64,000 nt of DNA from Acidobacteriota bacterium (GTDB lineage: Bacteria; Acidobacteriota; Aminicenantia; Aminicenantales; Saccharicenantaceae): positions 92,293 to 156,292 of the forward strand of contig JBDKSB010000012.1 of assembly GCA_039683095.1 (NCBI GenBank), in the 5' to 3' direction. The notes under the pieces are model-generated. The model was not told the DNA's origin, made no database searches, and saw only the letters and a list, made by a program, of their open reading frames with translations. Each line of letters begins with the position of its first letter. The first letter of the stretch is position 1. Both the position numbers and the translations under genes were made by a program. This document shows, piece by piece, positions 28,897 to 37,576 of this stretch.

Positions 28897-30165
28897 CTAG
28901 ATGAACCGGTCCAGGAACGAGGCGTTAAGCAGGATGGTGATGGCCCAGGCCAGGATGGCCAGGGCCGGGACGAAGCAGTACCTGAGGATGCGGGTGAAGC
29001 TTCGCTCGCCGACGACCTGGCCGGCGAACCGGCCGGCCAGGGCCGCCGGCGGGATGAGATCGCCGAGGCCGACGACGGCCGACAGGGCGGTCGAGGTGAT
29101 CAGGGCGTTCTTGCTTATGAGGGCCAGGATGAACGGCACCCCGAGGATGGAGCTGGCCCCGAAGGCCGAGATGCCGCCGAAGACGGGCATGCCCAGGGCG
29201 ATGGCCACGTAGAGTAGGGCGCCGGGCAGGGCCAGGAAGGTCATGACGATCCAGCCCCGCGCCCCGGTCAGGGTCATGACCTGGATGAACATGCCCACGC
29301 CGGCCAGGATGGTCAGGATAGGCATGGCCTCCTCGACGGCCCGGCGGCTGACCTTCCAGAAGTTGAAGCGGCGGCCGCAGACCGTGCCGAGGAGGCTGCC
29401 GGCCAGGAAGATGCCGGGGATGCCGGGATTGGGCATGATCCGGACCAGGGCCCGCTCGCCGATCATCAGGCCGATGACGGCCAGGAGCGGCAGGTAGAGC
29501 TTCGGCCCGTAGCGCCCATAGGCCGAGGGAGGCAGGATGGCCTTCATCTCTTCCGCGTCGACGACCTTGACGTGCCGGAGGCCGATCCAGAGCGGGATGA
29601 CGACCGCCAGCGGCGCGACGATGATGAGGAGCGGCAGCGTCACGCCGACGTAGGGCATGTCGACGCCCCCGCCCATGATCATGACCAGAATGTTGATGGG
29701 CGGGGCGATCATCCCCAGCACCGCGGCCATGGCGATGAAGGCCCCCGTCCGGAGCGGCGTGAGCCCGAGCTTCATGAGGACCGGGGCGACGAGCGGTCCC
29801 GAGGTCAGGACGCTGGCCGTCGAGGAGCCGGTGATCATCCCCGGGAACATGACCAGGAGATTGGCCGTCAGGAGGAGGAGCGCCTTCCTCCGGTGGAACA
29901 GCCGGAGCAAGACGGCGGCCAGGCTGTCGAGCGCGCCCGAGGCCTGGAGGACCTTCATGAACAGGACGGCCGTCAGGATGATCAGCATGACGTCGAAGAA
30001 GCCAAAGCTGCCCTCGACGAGATGGCGCAGCGGAAGGCCCTCGCCCCCGGCCAGGGCGCCGGCCACGGCGGCGCCCATGAGGCAGAGGCCGATGGGCCAT
30101 TTCAGGACGGCGGCCGCCAGCACGAAGACGGCCACCATGATCAGGAAAACGGCGTATTCCGGCAA
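28897..30165 (-). CDS. Polytopic membrane transporter (DctM/TRAP large-permease-like or ArsB/NhaD-superfamily)
   Basis: 422 aa, about 12 predicted TM segments. Family assignment uncertain without a search. Confidence 0.5.
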   Translation of the reverse strand: MPEYAVFLIMVAVFVLAAAVLKWPIGLCLMGAAVAGALAGGEGLPLRHLVEGSFGFFDVMLIILTAVLFMKVLQASGALDSLAAVLLRLFHRRKALLLLTANLLVMFPGMITGSSTASVLTSGPLVAPVLMKLGLTPLRTGAFIAMAAVLGMIAPPINILVMIMGGGVDMPYVGVTLPLLIIVAPLAVVIPLWIGLRHVKVVDAEEMKAILPPSAYGRYGPKLYLPLLAVIGLMIGERALVRIMPNPGIPGIFLAGSLLGTVCGRRFNFWKVSRRAVEEAMPILTILAGVGMFIQVMTLTGARGWIVMTFLALPGALLYVAIALGMPVFGGISAFGASSILGVPFILALISKNALITSTALSAVVGLGDLIPPAALAGRFAGQVVGERSFTRILRYCFVPALAILAWAITILLNASFLDRFI

Positions 30166-30190
30166 GCCCTCCGCCTTTCCGTCCCGGCCG

Positions 30191-30772
30191 TCAGGCCTTG
30201 GGCTTGAACGCGCTCTTCAGGACCTCGGCGGCTTCGGCCGTTTTCTCGACAGCCACGAGCGGGATGCCGCGGGCCCGGCAGATCTTCGAGAACAGGCCGT
30301 CCGCGTCAGCCGACTTGACGATGACGGCCATCCGGGCGGCCGGCAGGTACTCGGCGACCATGGCGTCGGTCAGCTCGCCGCGGCGCTGCTCCCCGCCGAG
30401 ATGGAGGAAGAGAACGGGGATCTTTCTCCTGGCCGCCTCGGCCAGAAGGGCCTTGACCCGCGCCTTTTCCTTGGCGGTGTCGAGGCCCGCCGCGCCGAGG
30501 CCTTTCAAGCTGGCCCCGACGACGAGGCCGAGCGTCCCGGCCCCGCCAAGGTCCCTGGCGGTGGCCAGTTTAGCCAATGTAGTCTCGATGCCGGCCCGCT
30601 TGGCCAGGACGACGGCCAGCTGGACGTCCGGGCTCTGGCCGGCCGAGGTGATGAGCATCGGCGGGTCGAAGACGGGGCCCTGGCCGGCGCCGGTTTGCGC
30701 CGCGGCGACCGGGAGAAGAGCCAGGGCCGCCGCGGCGGCCGCGGCTCCGGCGATGAACCGTAAGAACTTCAT
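30191..30772 (-). CDS. Secreted Ala-rich protein of unknown function
   Basis: Start MKFLRFIAGAAAAAAALALLPVAAAQ. Co-directional with the transporter gene. Confidence 0.45.
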   Translation of the reverse strand: MKFLRFIAGAAAAAAALALLPVAAAQTGAGQGPVFDPPMLITSAGQSPDVQLAVVLAKRAGIETTLAKLATARDLGGAGTLGLVVGASLKGLGAAGLDTAKEKARVKALLAEAARRKIPVLFLHLGGEQRRGELTDAMVAEYLPAARMAVIVKSADADGLFSKICRARGIPLVAVEKTAEAAEVLKSAFKPKA

Positions 30773-30853
30773 GGCCTCACACCTCCGAAGCCCTATCTTG
30801 CCAAATCGGACGGAGCAATGCAAAGGATTCCTTCCCGGCCGCCGGCGCGCCGC

Positions 30854-31876
30854 TCACTCGAAAGCGATCTGGACCTTCATGAGATCGAGCCGGCTCATCT
30901 TCCGGCTCAGGAGCTCCGGGAACTTCTCCAGAGGGTACTGTAAGGACAGGAGCGGATCCGTCCGGACCTTGCCGCTGGACAGCATCTGGATGGACTGATG
31001 GAAGTTCTTGCGGATCGCGAACGAGCCGACGATCTTCCAATCGTTGAGGAAGATCTCATAGGGATTAACACTGATCTTCGAATCCTTCGGGCAAACGCCG
31101 AAAACCAGGAAGGTCCCCGCCTTCTTCAGATAGGCGAAGGACCTCTCGATGATAGCGGGGATCCCCGTCGCGTCGACGACGTAGTCGAAGCCGCGGGGTG
31201 CGACGGCCTTGATGGCTTCCGGCTCGCGGCCGTCGGCCGCGAAGGTGAGGTCGGCGCCCAGCTCGCGGGCCATCCTCAGCTTTTCGGCGTCCAGGTCCAG
31301 GACGGCGACGCGGGCCGCGCCGCCGGCCTTGAGGCTCTGAAGAAGCAGCAGGCCGATCGGACCGGCGCCGACGACGAGCACATCGCTCCCGAACCGGATC
31401 TCGGCCAGATCCAGGCCATGGGCCACGCAGGCGAGCGGCTCGACGAAGGCGCCTTGGGTGAAGCTGATCGCGTCGTCGAGCGGGAAAACGTTCTTGAACG
31501 GCACCGCCACGTATTCCGCAAAGGCCCCGTTGGCATGACGGCCGGAGACCCCGATGACCCGCAGGTCCTCGCAATGGTTCTGGAGGTTCCGTTTGCAGAA
31601 ATAACAGGCTTCGCAAAAGACGTTGGGGTCAGCCGTCACCCGGTCCCCTTCCTTGAAATAGCGGACGCCCCGGCCGACCCGGTCGACGACGCCGGAAAAC
31701 TCATGGCCAGGGATGACCGGGAATTCGGTGAAGTATTCCCCCTTGAAGATATGGATATCCGTGCCGCAGAGGCCGACCGCCTTGACCTTGATCAGCACCT
31801 CGTCATCCTTGATCTCGGGGACTGGCACGTCCCGCACCTCAACCTGCTTTGGACCCGTGAAAACCGCCGCCTTCAT
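30854..31876 (-). CDS. Zinc-dependent medium-chain alcohol/polyol dehydrogenase
   Basis: GLCGTDIH, GHEFSG and VVGAGPIG motifs. Confidence 0.9.
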   Translation of the reverse strand: MKAAVFTGPKQVEVRDVPVPEIKDDEVLIKVKAVGLCGTDIHIFKGEYFTEFPVIPGHEFSGVVDRVGRGVRYFKEGDRVTADPNVFCEACYFCKRNLQNHCEDLRVIGVSGRHANGAFAEYVAVPFKNVFPLDDAISFTQGAFVEPLACVAHGLDLAEIRFGSDVLVVGAGPIGLLLLQSLKAGGAARVAVLDLDAEKLRMARELGADLTFAADGREPEAIKAVAPRGFDYVVDATGIPAIIERSFAYLKKAGTFLVFGVCPKDSKISVNPYEIFLNDWKIVGSFAIRKNFHQSIQMLSSGKVRTDPLLSLQYPLEKFPELLSRKMSRLDLMKVQIAFE

Positions 31877-31927
31877 AATTCCTCCTTGTCTCGCGGGGCC
31901 GGGCTGACAGCGCGCCGCCCGGCCGGA

Positions 31928-33034
31928 TTATAAGCGTTCCCCCGTTCGGGGGTCGAACAGTATGATCTTTTCGACGTCGGGGCCTATCTGCACCGGCTGG
32001 CCGCGCTTCAAGGACAGGCCGGGTTTGGTCAGGAGGGTGAGGGCGTTCCGGCCGCGGCGGACCTCGAGGACGCCTTCCTCGCCGAGCGATTCATAGACCT
32101 CGACGGAAGCCTCCAGAACGTCCCCGAGCGGACCGCCGGCCAGGCGGATATGCTCGGGCCTGATGCCGAGCGTGACCGGCTGGCCTGGAAGGATCGTCCG
32201 GGGCCTGGAGAACGGGGACGGTCCGACCGGGAGGCGGAGGCTCCCGTCCTCAGACAGGAACGACGGGGCGGCCCCGTCGCCCTCCAGCCGGCCGGCCATG
32301 AAATTCATGGGCGGCTCGCCGACGAAGCCGGCGACGAACGTGTTCGCCGGCCGGGCATAGACGCCGTCGGGAGTGTCGATCTGCTGCACCTGGCCCGCGT
32401 TCATGACCGCGATCCGGTCGGCCAGGGCCATGCCCTCCAGCTGATCGTGCGTCACATAGATCATCGTCCGACGCGTCCTGTCATGCAGGGCCTTGAGACG
32501 GGCCCGGACCTTGACGCGCTGGTCGGAGTCCAGGTGGGACAGGGGCTCGTCCATCAAATAGACGTCCGCGTCCCGGATGAGGCAGCGGGCCAGCGACACC
32601 ATCTGCTGCTGCCCGCCGCCGAGCTGCCCCGGCTTGCGTTCCAGGACCTGGTCGATCTCGAGCAGCGAGGCGATCTCGCTCAGGCGAGATTCGATCTCGG
32701 CCGGGCTGCACATCGAGGCCCGCAGGGGAAAGACGATATTCTCCTTGACGGTCAGCGGCGGGTACAGCGCGTAGTTCTCGAAGGCCAGGGCCACCCGCCG
32801 CTTGCCCGGCTCGAGACCGTCGACCCGCCTCGCGCCGATATGGATCTCCCCCGCCGTGGCGGACTCGAGCCCGGCGATCAGGCGCATGGTCGTGGTTTTG
32901 CCGCACCCCGAAGGGCCCAGGAAGACCATGATCTCGCCGTCGCGGCAGCGGAGGTCGACGCCCTGGACGGCGGCGACCTTCTTCCCTCCGGAGAAGAACT
33001 CCTTGCGAACCCCTTCGAGCCTGACCTCGGCCAT
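31928..33034 (-). CDS. Sugar ABC transporter ATP-binding protein (MalK/UgpC-like), second of two
   Basis: Walker A GPSGCGKTT, signature LGGGQQQMVSLARCL, C-terminal TOBE-like domain. Confidence 0.85.
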   Translation of the reverse strand: MAEVRLEGVRKEFFSGGKKVAAVQGVDLRCRDGEIMVFLGPSGCGKTTTMRLIAGLESATAGEIHIGARRVDGLEPGKRRVALAFENYALYPPLTVKENIVFPLRASMCSPAEIESRLSEIASLLEIDQVLERKPGQLGGGQQQMVSLARCLIRDADVYLMDEPLSHLDSDQRVKVRARLKALHDRTRRTMIYVTHDQLEGMALADRIAVMNAGQVQQIDTPDGVYARPANTFVAGFVGEPPMNFMAGRLEGDGAAPSFLSEDGSLRLPVGPSPFSRPRTILPGQPVTLGIRPEHIRLAGGPLGDVLEASVEVYESLGEEGVLEVRRGRNALTLLTKPGLSLKRGQPVQIGPDVEKIILFDPRTGERL

Positions 33035-33035
33035 G

Positions 33036-34139
33036 TTAACCTTCTTTGATCCTCTGTCCCGAGGGGCCGAAATAGAGGACGTCTTCGGGCTGGACGGAAA
33101 GGAACAGCCCCTCGTCCGCCTCAGGCAGGCCGGCCCGGTCCGCGGTGACGGCCAGCGACGTCCCGCCGACCGCAACGAACTGAATGTGCCTGTTCCCCAG
33201 CCGCTCGGTCATCAGGCGGACGGCTGGGACCGCGCCGGGCGCCTCTGCCGCCACGATCCCGATCGCGGCCGGCCGGATCCCCGCGGTGATCCGTCCCGGG
33301 CTCAGCTCCTCCAGGCGCCCCCGCTGCTTCGCGGGGACGGGAAAAGCCAGGGCTCCGTCCAGGGAGGCGAAGATGAGGCCGTCTCCCTGAACGAGGACCC
33401 GCCCTTCGACCAGGTTGATCCGCGGATAGCCGAGCTGGGAAGCCACGAAGATGTCCTCCGGCGCCGCGTAAACCTCCTCGGGGGTGCCCACCTGATGGAT
33501 CCGGCCTTTGTCGAGGACGGCGATCCGGTCGGCCAGGGAGAGCGCTTCCATATAATCATGGGTGACGAAAACAACCGCCGATTCGAGCCGGCCCTTGAGC
33601 TTCTTGAGCTCCCGGCGCATCTGGTGCCTCAGCTTGGCGTCGAGATGGGACAGAGGCTCGTCCATCAGGAAGACCTTGGGCTTCCGGACGAGAGCCCGTC
33701 CGAGCGAGACCCTCTGCCGCTGACCGCCGCTGAGCTCGGCCGGGCGTCTCTCGAGCAGGCCCTCGATCTCCAGCATGCGGGCGACTTCTTCTACCCGGGC
33801 CGAGATCTCGGCGGGGCTCGCCTTGCGGCGCTTGGACCTCAAGGGGAAAGCGATATTGTCGAAGACCGTCAGGTGGGGATAAAGGGCGTAGTTCTCGAAG
33901 ATCATGGCCGCATCTGGCTCCGGCGAGCCCGGGCCCGTGATCCGCTCCCCGTCGATCCGGATCTCCCCTTCCGAAACGTCCTCGATCCGGGCGATCATCT
34001 TGAGCGTCGTGGTCTTGCCCGCCCCCGCCGGACCGAGGATGACGAAGAACTCGGCCGGCCCGATCTCCAGGTCCATCCGGTCAACGGCGACCAGCTTGCC
34101 GTATCTCTTGGTCACGCCAGCGAACGTAACGGCGGCCAT
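33036..34139 (-). CDS. Sugar ABC transporter ATP-binding protein (MalK/UgpC-like), first of two
   Basis: Walker A GPAGAGKTT, signature LSGGQRQRVSLGRAL, C-terminal TOBE-like domain. Confidence 0.85.
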   Translation of the reverse strand: MAAVTFAGVTKRYGKLVAVDRMDLEIGPAEFFVILGPAGAGKTTTLKMIARIEDVSEGEIRIDGERITGPGSPEPDAAMIFENYALYPHLTVFDNIAFPLRSKRRKASPAEISARVEEVARMLEIEGLLERRPAELSGGQRQRVSLGRALVRKPKVFLMDEPLSHLDAKLRHQMRRELKKLKGRLESAVVFVTHDYMEALSLADRIAVLDKGRIHQVGTPEEVYAAPEDIFVASQLGYPRINLVEGRVLVQGDGLIFASLDGALAFPVPAKQRGRLEELSPGRITAGIRPAAIGIVAAEAPGAVPAVRLMTERLGNRHIQFVAVGGTSLAVTADRAGLPEADEGLFLSVQPEDVLYFGPSGQRIKEG

Positions 34140-34142
34140 GGC

Positions 34143-35015
34143 CTAACCCCTCACCGCCCCGAAACTGAGGCCCCGGACCAGGTATTTTTGGATGAACAGC
34201 GCGATGACGATCTCGGGCAGGATGGTCACCATCGAGGCCGCCGCCATCTGCCCCCAGAGGACCGACTCGTACGAAATGAAGCCGAGCATGCCCACGGTGA
34301 CCGGGAAAGTCTCTTTCGCGCCCAGGACGAGCCCGAAGATGAAATTGTTCCAGGCGAAGATGAAGGCCAGGATGGCGGTCGAGGCCAGGCCCGGCTTGAC
34401 CAGCGGCAGGCAGATCTTGCGGAATATGGCGAACCGTGAATAGCCGTCCAGGCGGGCCGCCTGTTCGATCGACTCGGGAATGTCCTCGAAATAGCCGCGC
34501 ATGAGCCAGATGATCAGCGGCAGGGTGACGAGCTGGTAGACGAGGATCATGCCGACATAGGTGTTGTACAGCCCCAGGCTCCGGTAGATCACGAAGATGG
34601 GGATGATGACGGCGATCTCGGGCGCGAACCTGAAGCTCAGGAACGTGAAAGCGATGTTCTCCTTGAGCTTGATCTTGAACCGGGCCAGGGCGTAGGCCGC
34701 CGGAACGCCGGCCAGGAGGGACACCAGCACGGCCCCGCTCGTGATGATCAGGCTGTTCAGGAAGTAGTGGACGAACTCGGGCCGGGCCGTTTCCGCTCCG
34801 GCGGCCTTGACCCCGATCAATATGGCCTTGTAGTTCTCCAGGGTCGGGGTAAAGACGATCCGGGGAACGCTGGCGATGATCTCCTTGTCCGTTTTGAGGG
34901 AGATCAGGAAGATCCAGAGGATCGGGGCCAGGGCCAGCGCCAGCATGACGGCCAAGCCGGCATAGATCAGGGCCTTCCTGATCACCAAACCCAGACGCTC
35001 GTGTCGGCTGTTCAT
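34143..35015 (-). CDS. Sugar ABC transporter permease (MalG/UgpE-like)
   Basis: Start MNSRHERLG. EAA motif region IEQAARLDGYSRFAIFRKICLPL. Confidence 0.85.
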   Translation of the reverse strand: MNSRHERLGLVIRKALIYAGLAVMLALALAPILWIFLISLKTDKEIIASVPRIVFTPTLENYKAILIGVKAAGAETARPEFVHYFLNSLIITSGAVLVSLLAGVPAAYALARFKIKLKENIAFTFLSFRFAPEIAVIIPIFVIYRSLGLYNTYVGMILVYQLVTLPLIIWLMRGYFEDIPESIEQAARLDGYSRFAIFRKICLPLVKPGLASTAILAFIFAWNNFIFGLVLGAKETFPVTVGMLGFISYESVLWGQMAAASMVTILPEIVIALFIQKYLVRGLSFGAVRG

Positions 35016-35017
35016 GG

Positions 35018-35896
35018 CTATCGTCCCATCGCGCTCTTGGAGGACTTCATCCAGAGTTTGACGAAGATCTGGCTCATCGCGTAGACGACGGCCCAGAGGA
35101 CAAGCATCATGGCCAGGGCCGATCCCATGTTGTAGTGGCGGAAGGAGGCGAAATAGGCCTTGACTTGGAGCAGCATGGTCGAGCTTCCCGGACCGCCCTT
35201 GGTCGTCGCATAAATGATATCGAAGGTCTTCAGAGAATCGATTGTTCGGAACAGCGCGGCCACGAAAATGAACGGCTTCAGCATGGGCAGGGTCAGCTTC
35301 CGGAAGATGAACCAGGCGGACCCGCCGTCGAGCCGGGCTGCCTCGTAGGGCTCTTGAGGCAGGGATCGCAGACCAGCCAGCAGGATGACGATGACAAAGG
35401 GCGTATAGATCCAACTGTCAATGATGAGGATGGAAGGCAGGGCGGAGCCGTTCGTGCCCAGCCAGCTGAAGGCTTTCAGGCCGGCGAGCGCGTTCAGGAT
35501 GCCGTTGGGGGCCATAATGATCTTCCACATCAGCGCCGCGATGACCGGCGGCATCATCAACGGCAGGATGATCAACGAGCGGGCCACCTGGACGCCTTTG
35601 ACGTCATTGTTGAGAAGGAGGGCCCCGCTGAGCCCCAGCCCGATCTGAACGACCAGGGCCGCGGCCGTATAGCCGATGGTCAACTCGAGAGCCTTCCAGA
35701 ACGAGGCGTCGCGGCACAGGTCGAGATAATTCTTGATCCCGACAAAGCCGACGCTCGCGCCGCCCAACCGGTAATCGGTCAGGCTGTAATAGACCGACAG
35801 GAAAAAAGGATACAGGATCCCGACGGTCAGAAGCGCCGCCGGAAGGATGAAGAGATAAACCTCCGATCTCGCCAGGAACCTATTTTTTGTAGGCAT
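35018..35896 (-). CDS. Sugar ABC transporter permease (MalF/UgpA-like)
   Basis: Start MPTKNRFLARSEVYLFILPA. EAA motif YEAARLDGGSAWFIFRKLTLP. Confidence 0.85.
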   Translation of the reverse strand: MPTKNRFLARSEVYLFILPAALLTVGILYPFFLSVYYSLTDYRLGGASVGFVGIKNYLDLCRDASFWKALELTIGYTAAALVVQIGLGLSGALLLNNDVKGVQVARSLIILPLMMPPVIAALMWKIIMAPNGILNALAGLKAFSWLGTNGSALPSILIIDSWIYTPFVIVILLAGLRSLPQEPYEAARLDGGSAWFIFRKLTLPMLKPFIFVAALFRTIDSLKTFDIIYATTKGGPGSSTMLLQVKAYFASFRHYNMGSALAMMLVLWAVVYAMSQIFVKLWMKSSKSAMGR

Positions 35897-37259
35897 CTGC
35901 CACCAGCCGGTCGATATCGGAAGCGGCTTCGTCGAGGGCCTTCTGGGCGTCCTTGCCGCCCCAGATCTCCTGAAGGGCCAGGGCCCACCGGTCGCCCGTG
36001 GCGATGAAGGCCCTCTGGGGCGTCCATTGGATGGCCGCGTTCTCCGTGATGTTCTCGTCAACGACCTCCCGGTATCCGGCCCAGCGGTCGGTGATCCGCC
36101 GCACCTCGGGATGCTCCCAGACCGACCGGCGCGTCGGGTTCATGTTGCCATGAAGGGCCGTGGACAGCAGCTGTTCCCGGCTCGTCGCCCAGAGCATGAA
36201 AAGCCAGGAGGCCAGCTTCCTCGGGCTGGCCGCGTTGACGGCCAGGCCCCAGGACCAGAGGTTGGACTTGACGATCCCGTCGGGTCCGGCGGGAGGCGGC
36301 GCGTATCCGACCTTGCCGACGACGCTCGAGCCGGCAGGGTTCTCGTAGCTGGCCGCGAAAAAGTCGCAGTCGGGGTACATGCCGAACGTCCCGGCGCAGA
36401 ACTTCTGCTTGCCGTCGTACCAGGTGGTGTTCGGCCAGTCCGGCGGGCCGGATTCCTTGATGGCCTTGATCCAGAGCCGGCTGAATTCCACCGCCCGCGG
36501 GGCATTGATGCGGCACTTGCCGCTCTCGTCGAAATCGACGCAGCCATAGGAGGCATATCCGGTGAGGAACCCGGTGTTGATCGTCGGCCAGGTGCCGAGC
36601 CCGCGGGAGATGATGCCGTAGGCCCCCCCCGCTTGGCCCAGCTTCCGGGCGAAGCCCGGGAACTCGTCATAGGTCCGGGGCGGCCTGGCGCCGGCCTTCT
36701 CGGCCCAGTCCTTCCGGTAGGCGAGTATGTACGTCTCGACCTGGATCGGAATGGCCCAGAGGCTGCCCTGGCCGAGGTTGGCCTTGCCGAACTTCCTGTT
36801 CCATCGGTTGGCCGCCAGGAGCGAGGGATAGAAATCGTCGACGGCATAGTCGTCCGGCACGCAGGCCGGGTCGTCCAGGAACGTATTCAAAGGCTCCACC
36901 CAGCCCGAATCGACGTACCCCCAATTGAGCTGGGGACCGGTCATGAAGACGTCGAGCGTCTTGCTCTTCGTGGACAAGCTGACGATCAGTTTCTCGAAGT
37001 ATTCTTCCTCTCCCAGGATGCCGTAATCGACCTTGATGCCGGTCAATCTCTCGAAGGCCGCGAGCTCGGGGAGCAGGGATTCGGTAAAGGGATGCTTGTT
37101 GAGGCTGATATAGAGGACCTGGCCTTTGCAGGCCTGCCAGTTGAGCTCGCCCCGGGCCGTCCGGATCTGAACCGGTCCGGAAGCGGCCGGCTCTTCCTTC
37201 CGGCAGGACGCGACGAAGCCGATGAGGAGGCATATAAGGATGGCCAGCGGTTTCTTCAT
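35880..37259 (-). CDS. Extracellular solute-binding lipoprotein (family 1 sugar SBP)
   Basis: Start MKKPLAILICLLIGFVASC lipobox. 460 aa. Confidence 0.8.
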   Translation of the reverse strand: MKKPLAILICLLIGFVASCRKEEPAASGPVQIRTARGELNWQACKGQVLYISLNKHPFTESLLPELAAFERLTGIKVDYGILGEEEYFEKLIVSLSTKSKTLDVFMTGPQLNWGYVDSGWVEPLNTFLDDPACVPDDYAVDDFYPSLLAANRWNRKFGKANLGQGSLWAIPIQVETYILAYRKDWAEKAGARPPRTYDEFPGFARKLGQAGGAYGIISRGLGTWPTINTGFLTGYASYGCVDFDESGKCRINAPRAVEFSRLWIKAIKESGPPDWPNTTWYDGKQKFCAGTFGMYPDCDFFAASYENPAGSSVVGKVGYAPPPAGPDGIVKSNLWSWGLAVNAASPRKLASWLFMLWATSREQLLSTALHGNMNPTRRSVWEHPEVRRITDRWAGYREVVDENITENAAIQWTPQRAFIATGDRWALALQEIWGGKDAQKALDEAASDIDRLVADAYKK

Positions 37260-37576
37260 CTCTGTTCGCTCCAAATCAGTTGCTTTGTACCCCAGCTAAA
37301 ATTCTGTGTCAACAAAAAACTTGACAATTATATAAATATAAATATAAAGAACCTGACACAGAAACAGCACCAACCATGTTTGTGCAATTTAGGTTGAACA
37401 AACGTTTTCCTAGACCTGAAACTTCAAAAATCCTGCGTTATATAAGATTACCTCATCCTTATTATTCGAAAGGAGGTGAGACCGTACCGAAGTCTGGTGA
37501 TTGGGGAAAAAGTGCGATCTTAAGGGAGATAGGTTAGGACATCCAAAAGGACAAAAAAGGAAGTGGGAGAAGAACG
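37260..37576. promoter_or_regulatory. 317-bp AT-rich divergent control region between the sugar ABC operon and the TonB-dependent receptor
   Basis: GC drops sharply. Contains TTGACAATTATATAAATATAAATATAAAG (TTGACA plus TATAAAT-like -10s), the repeat TGTGTCAACAAAAAACTTGACAA, and a GGAGGTGAG RBS-like element. Confidence 0.5.

Noticed and set aside
36027-37397. 456-aa plus-strand ORF antisense to the sugar-binding lipoprotein gene
   Set aside because: Junk composition, and the opposite strand encodes a credible SBP.
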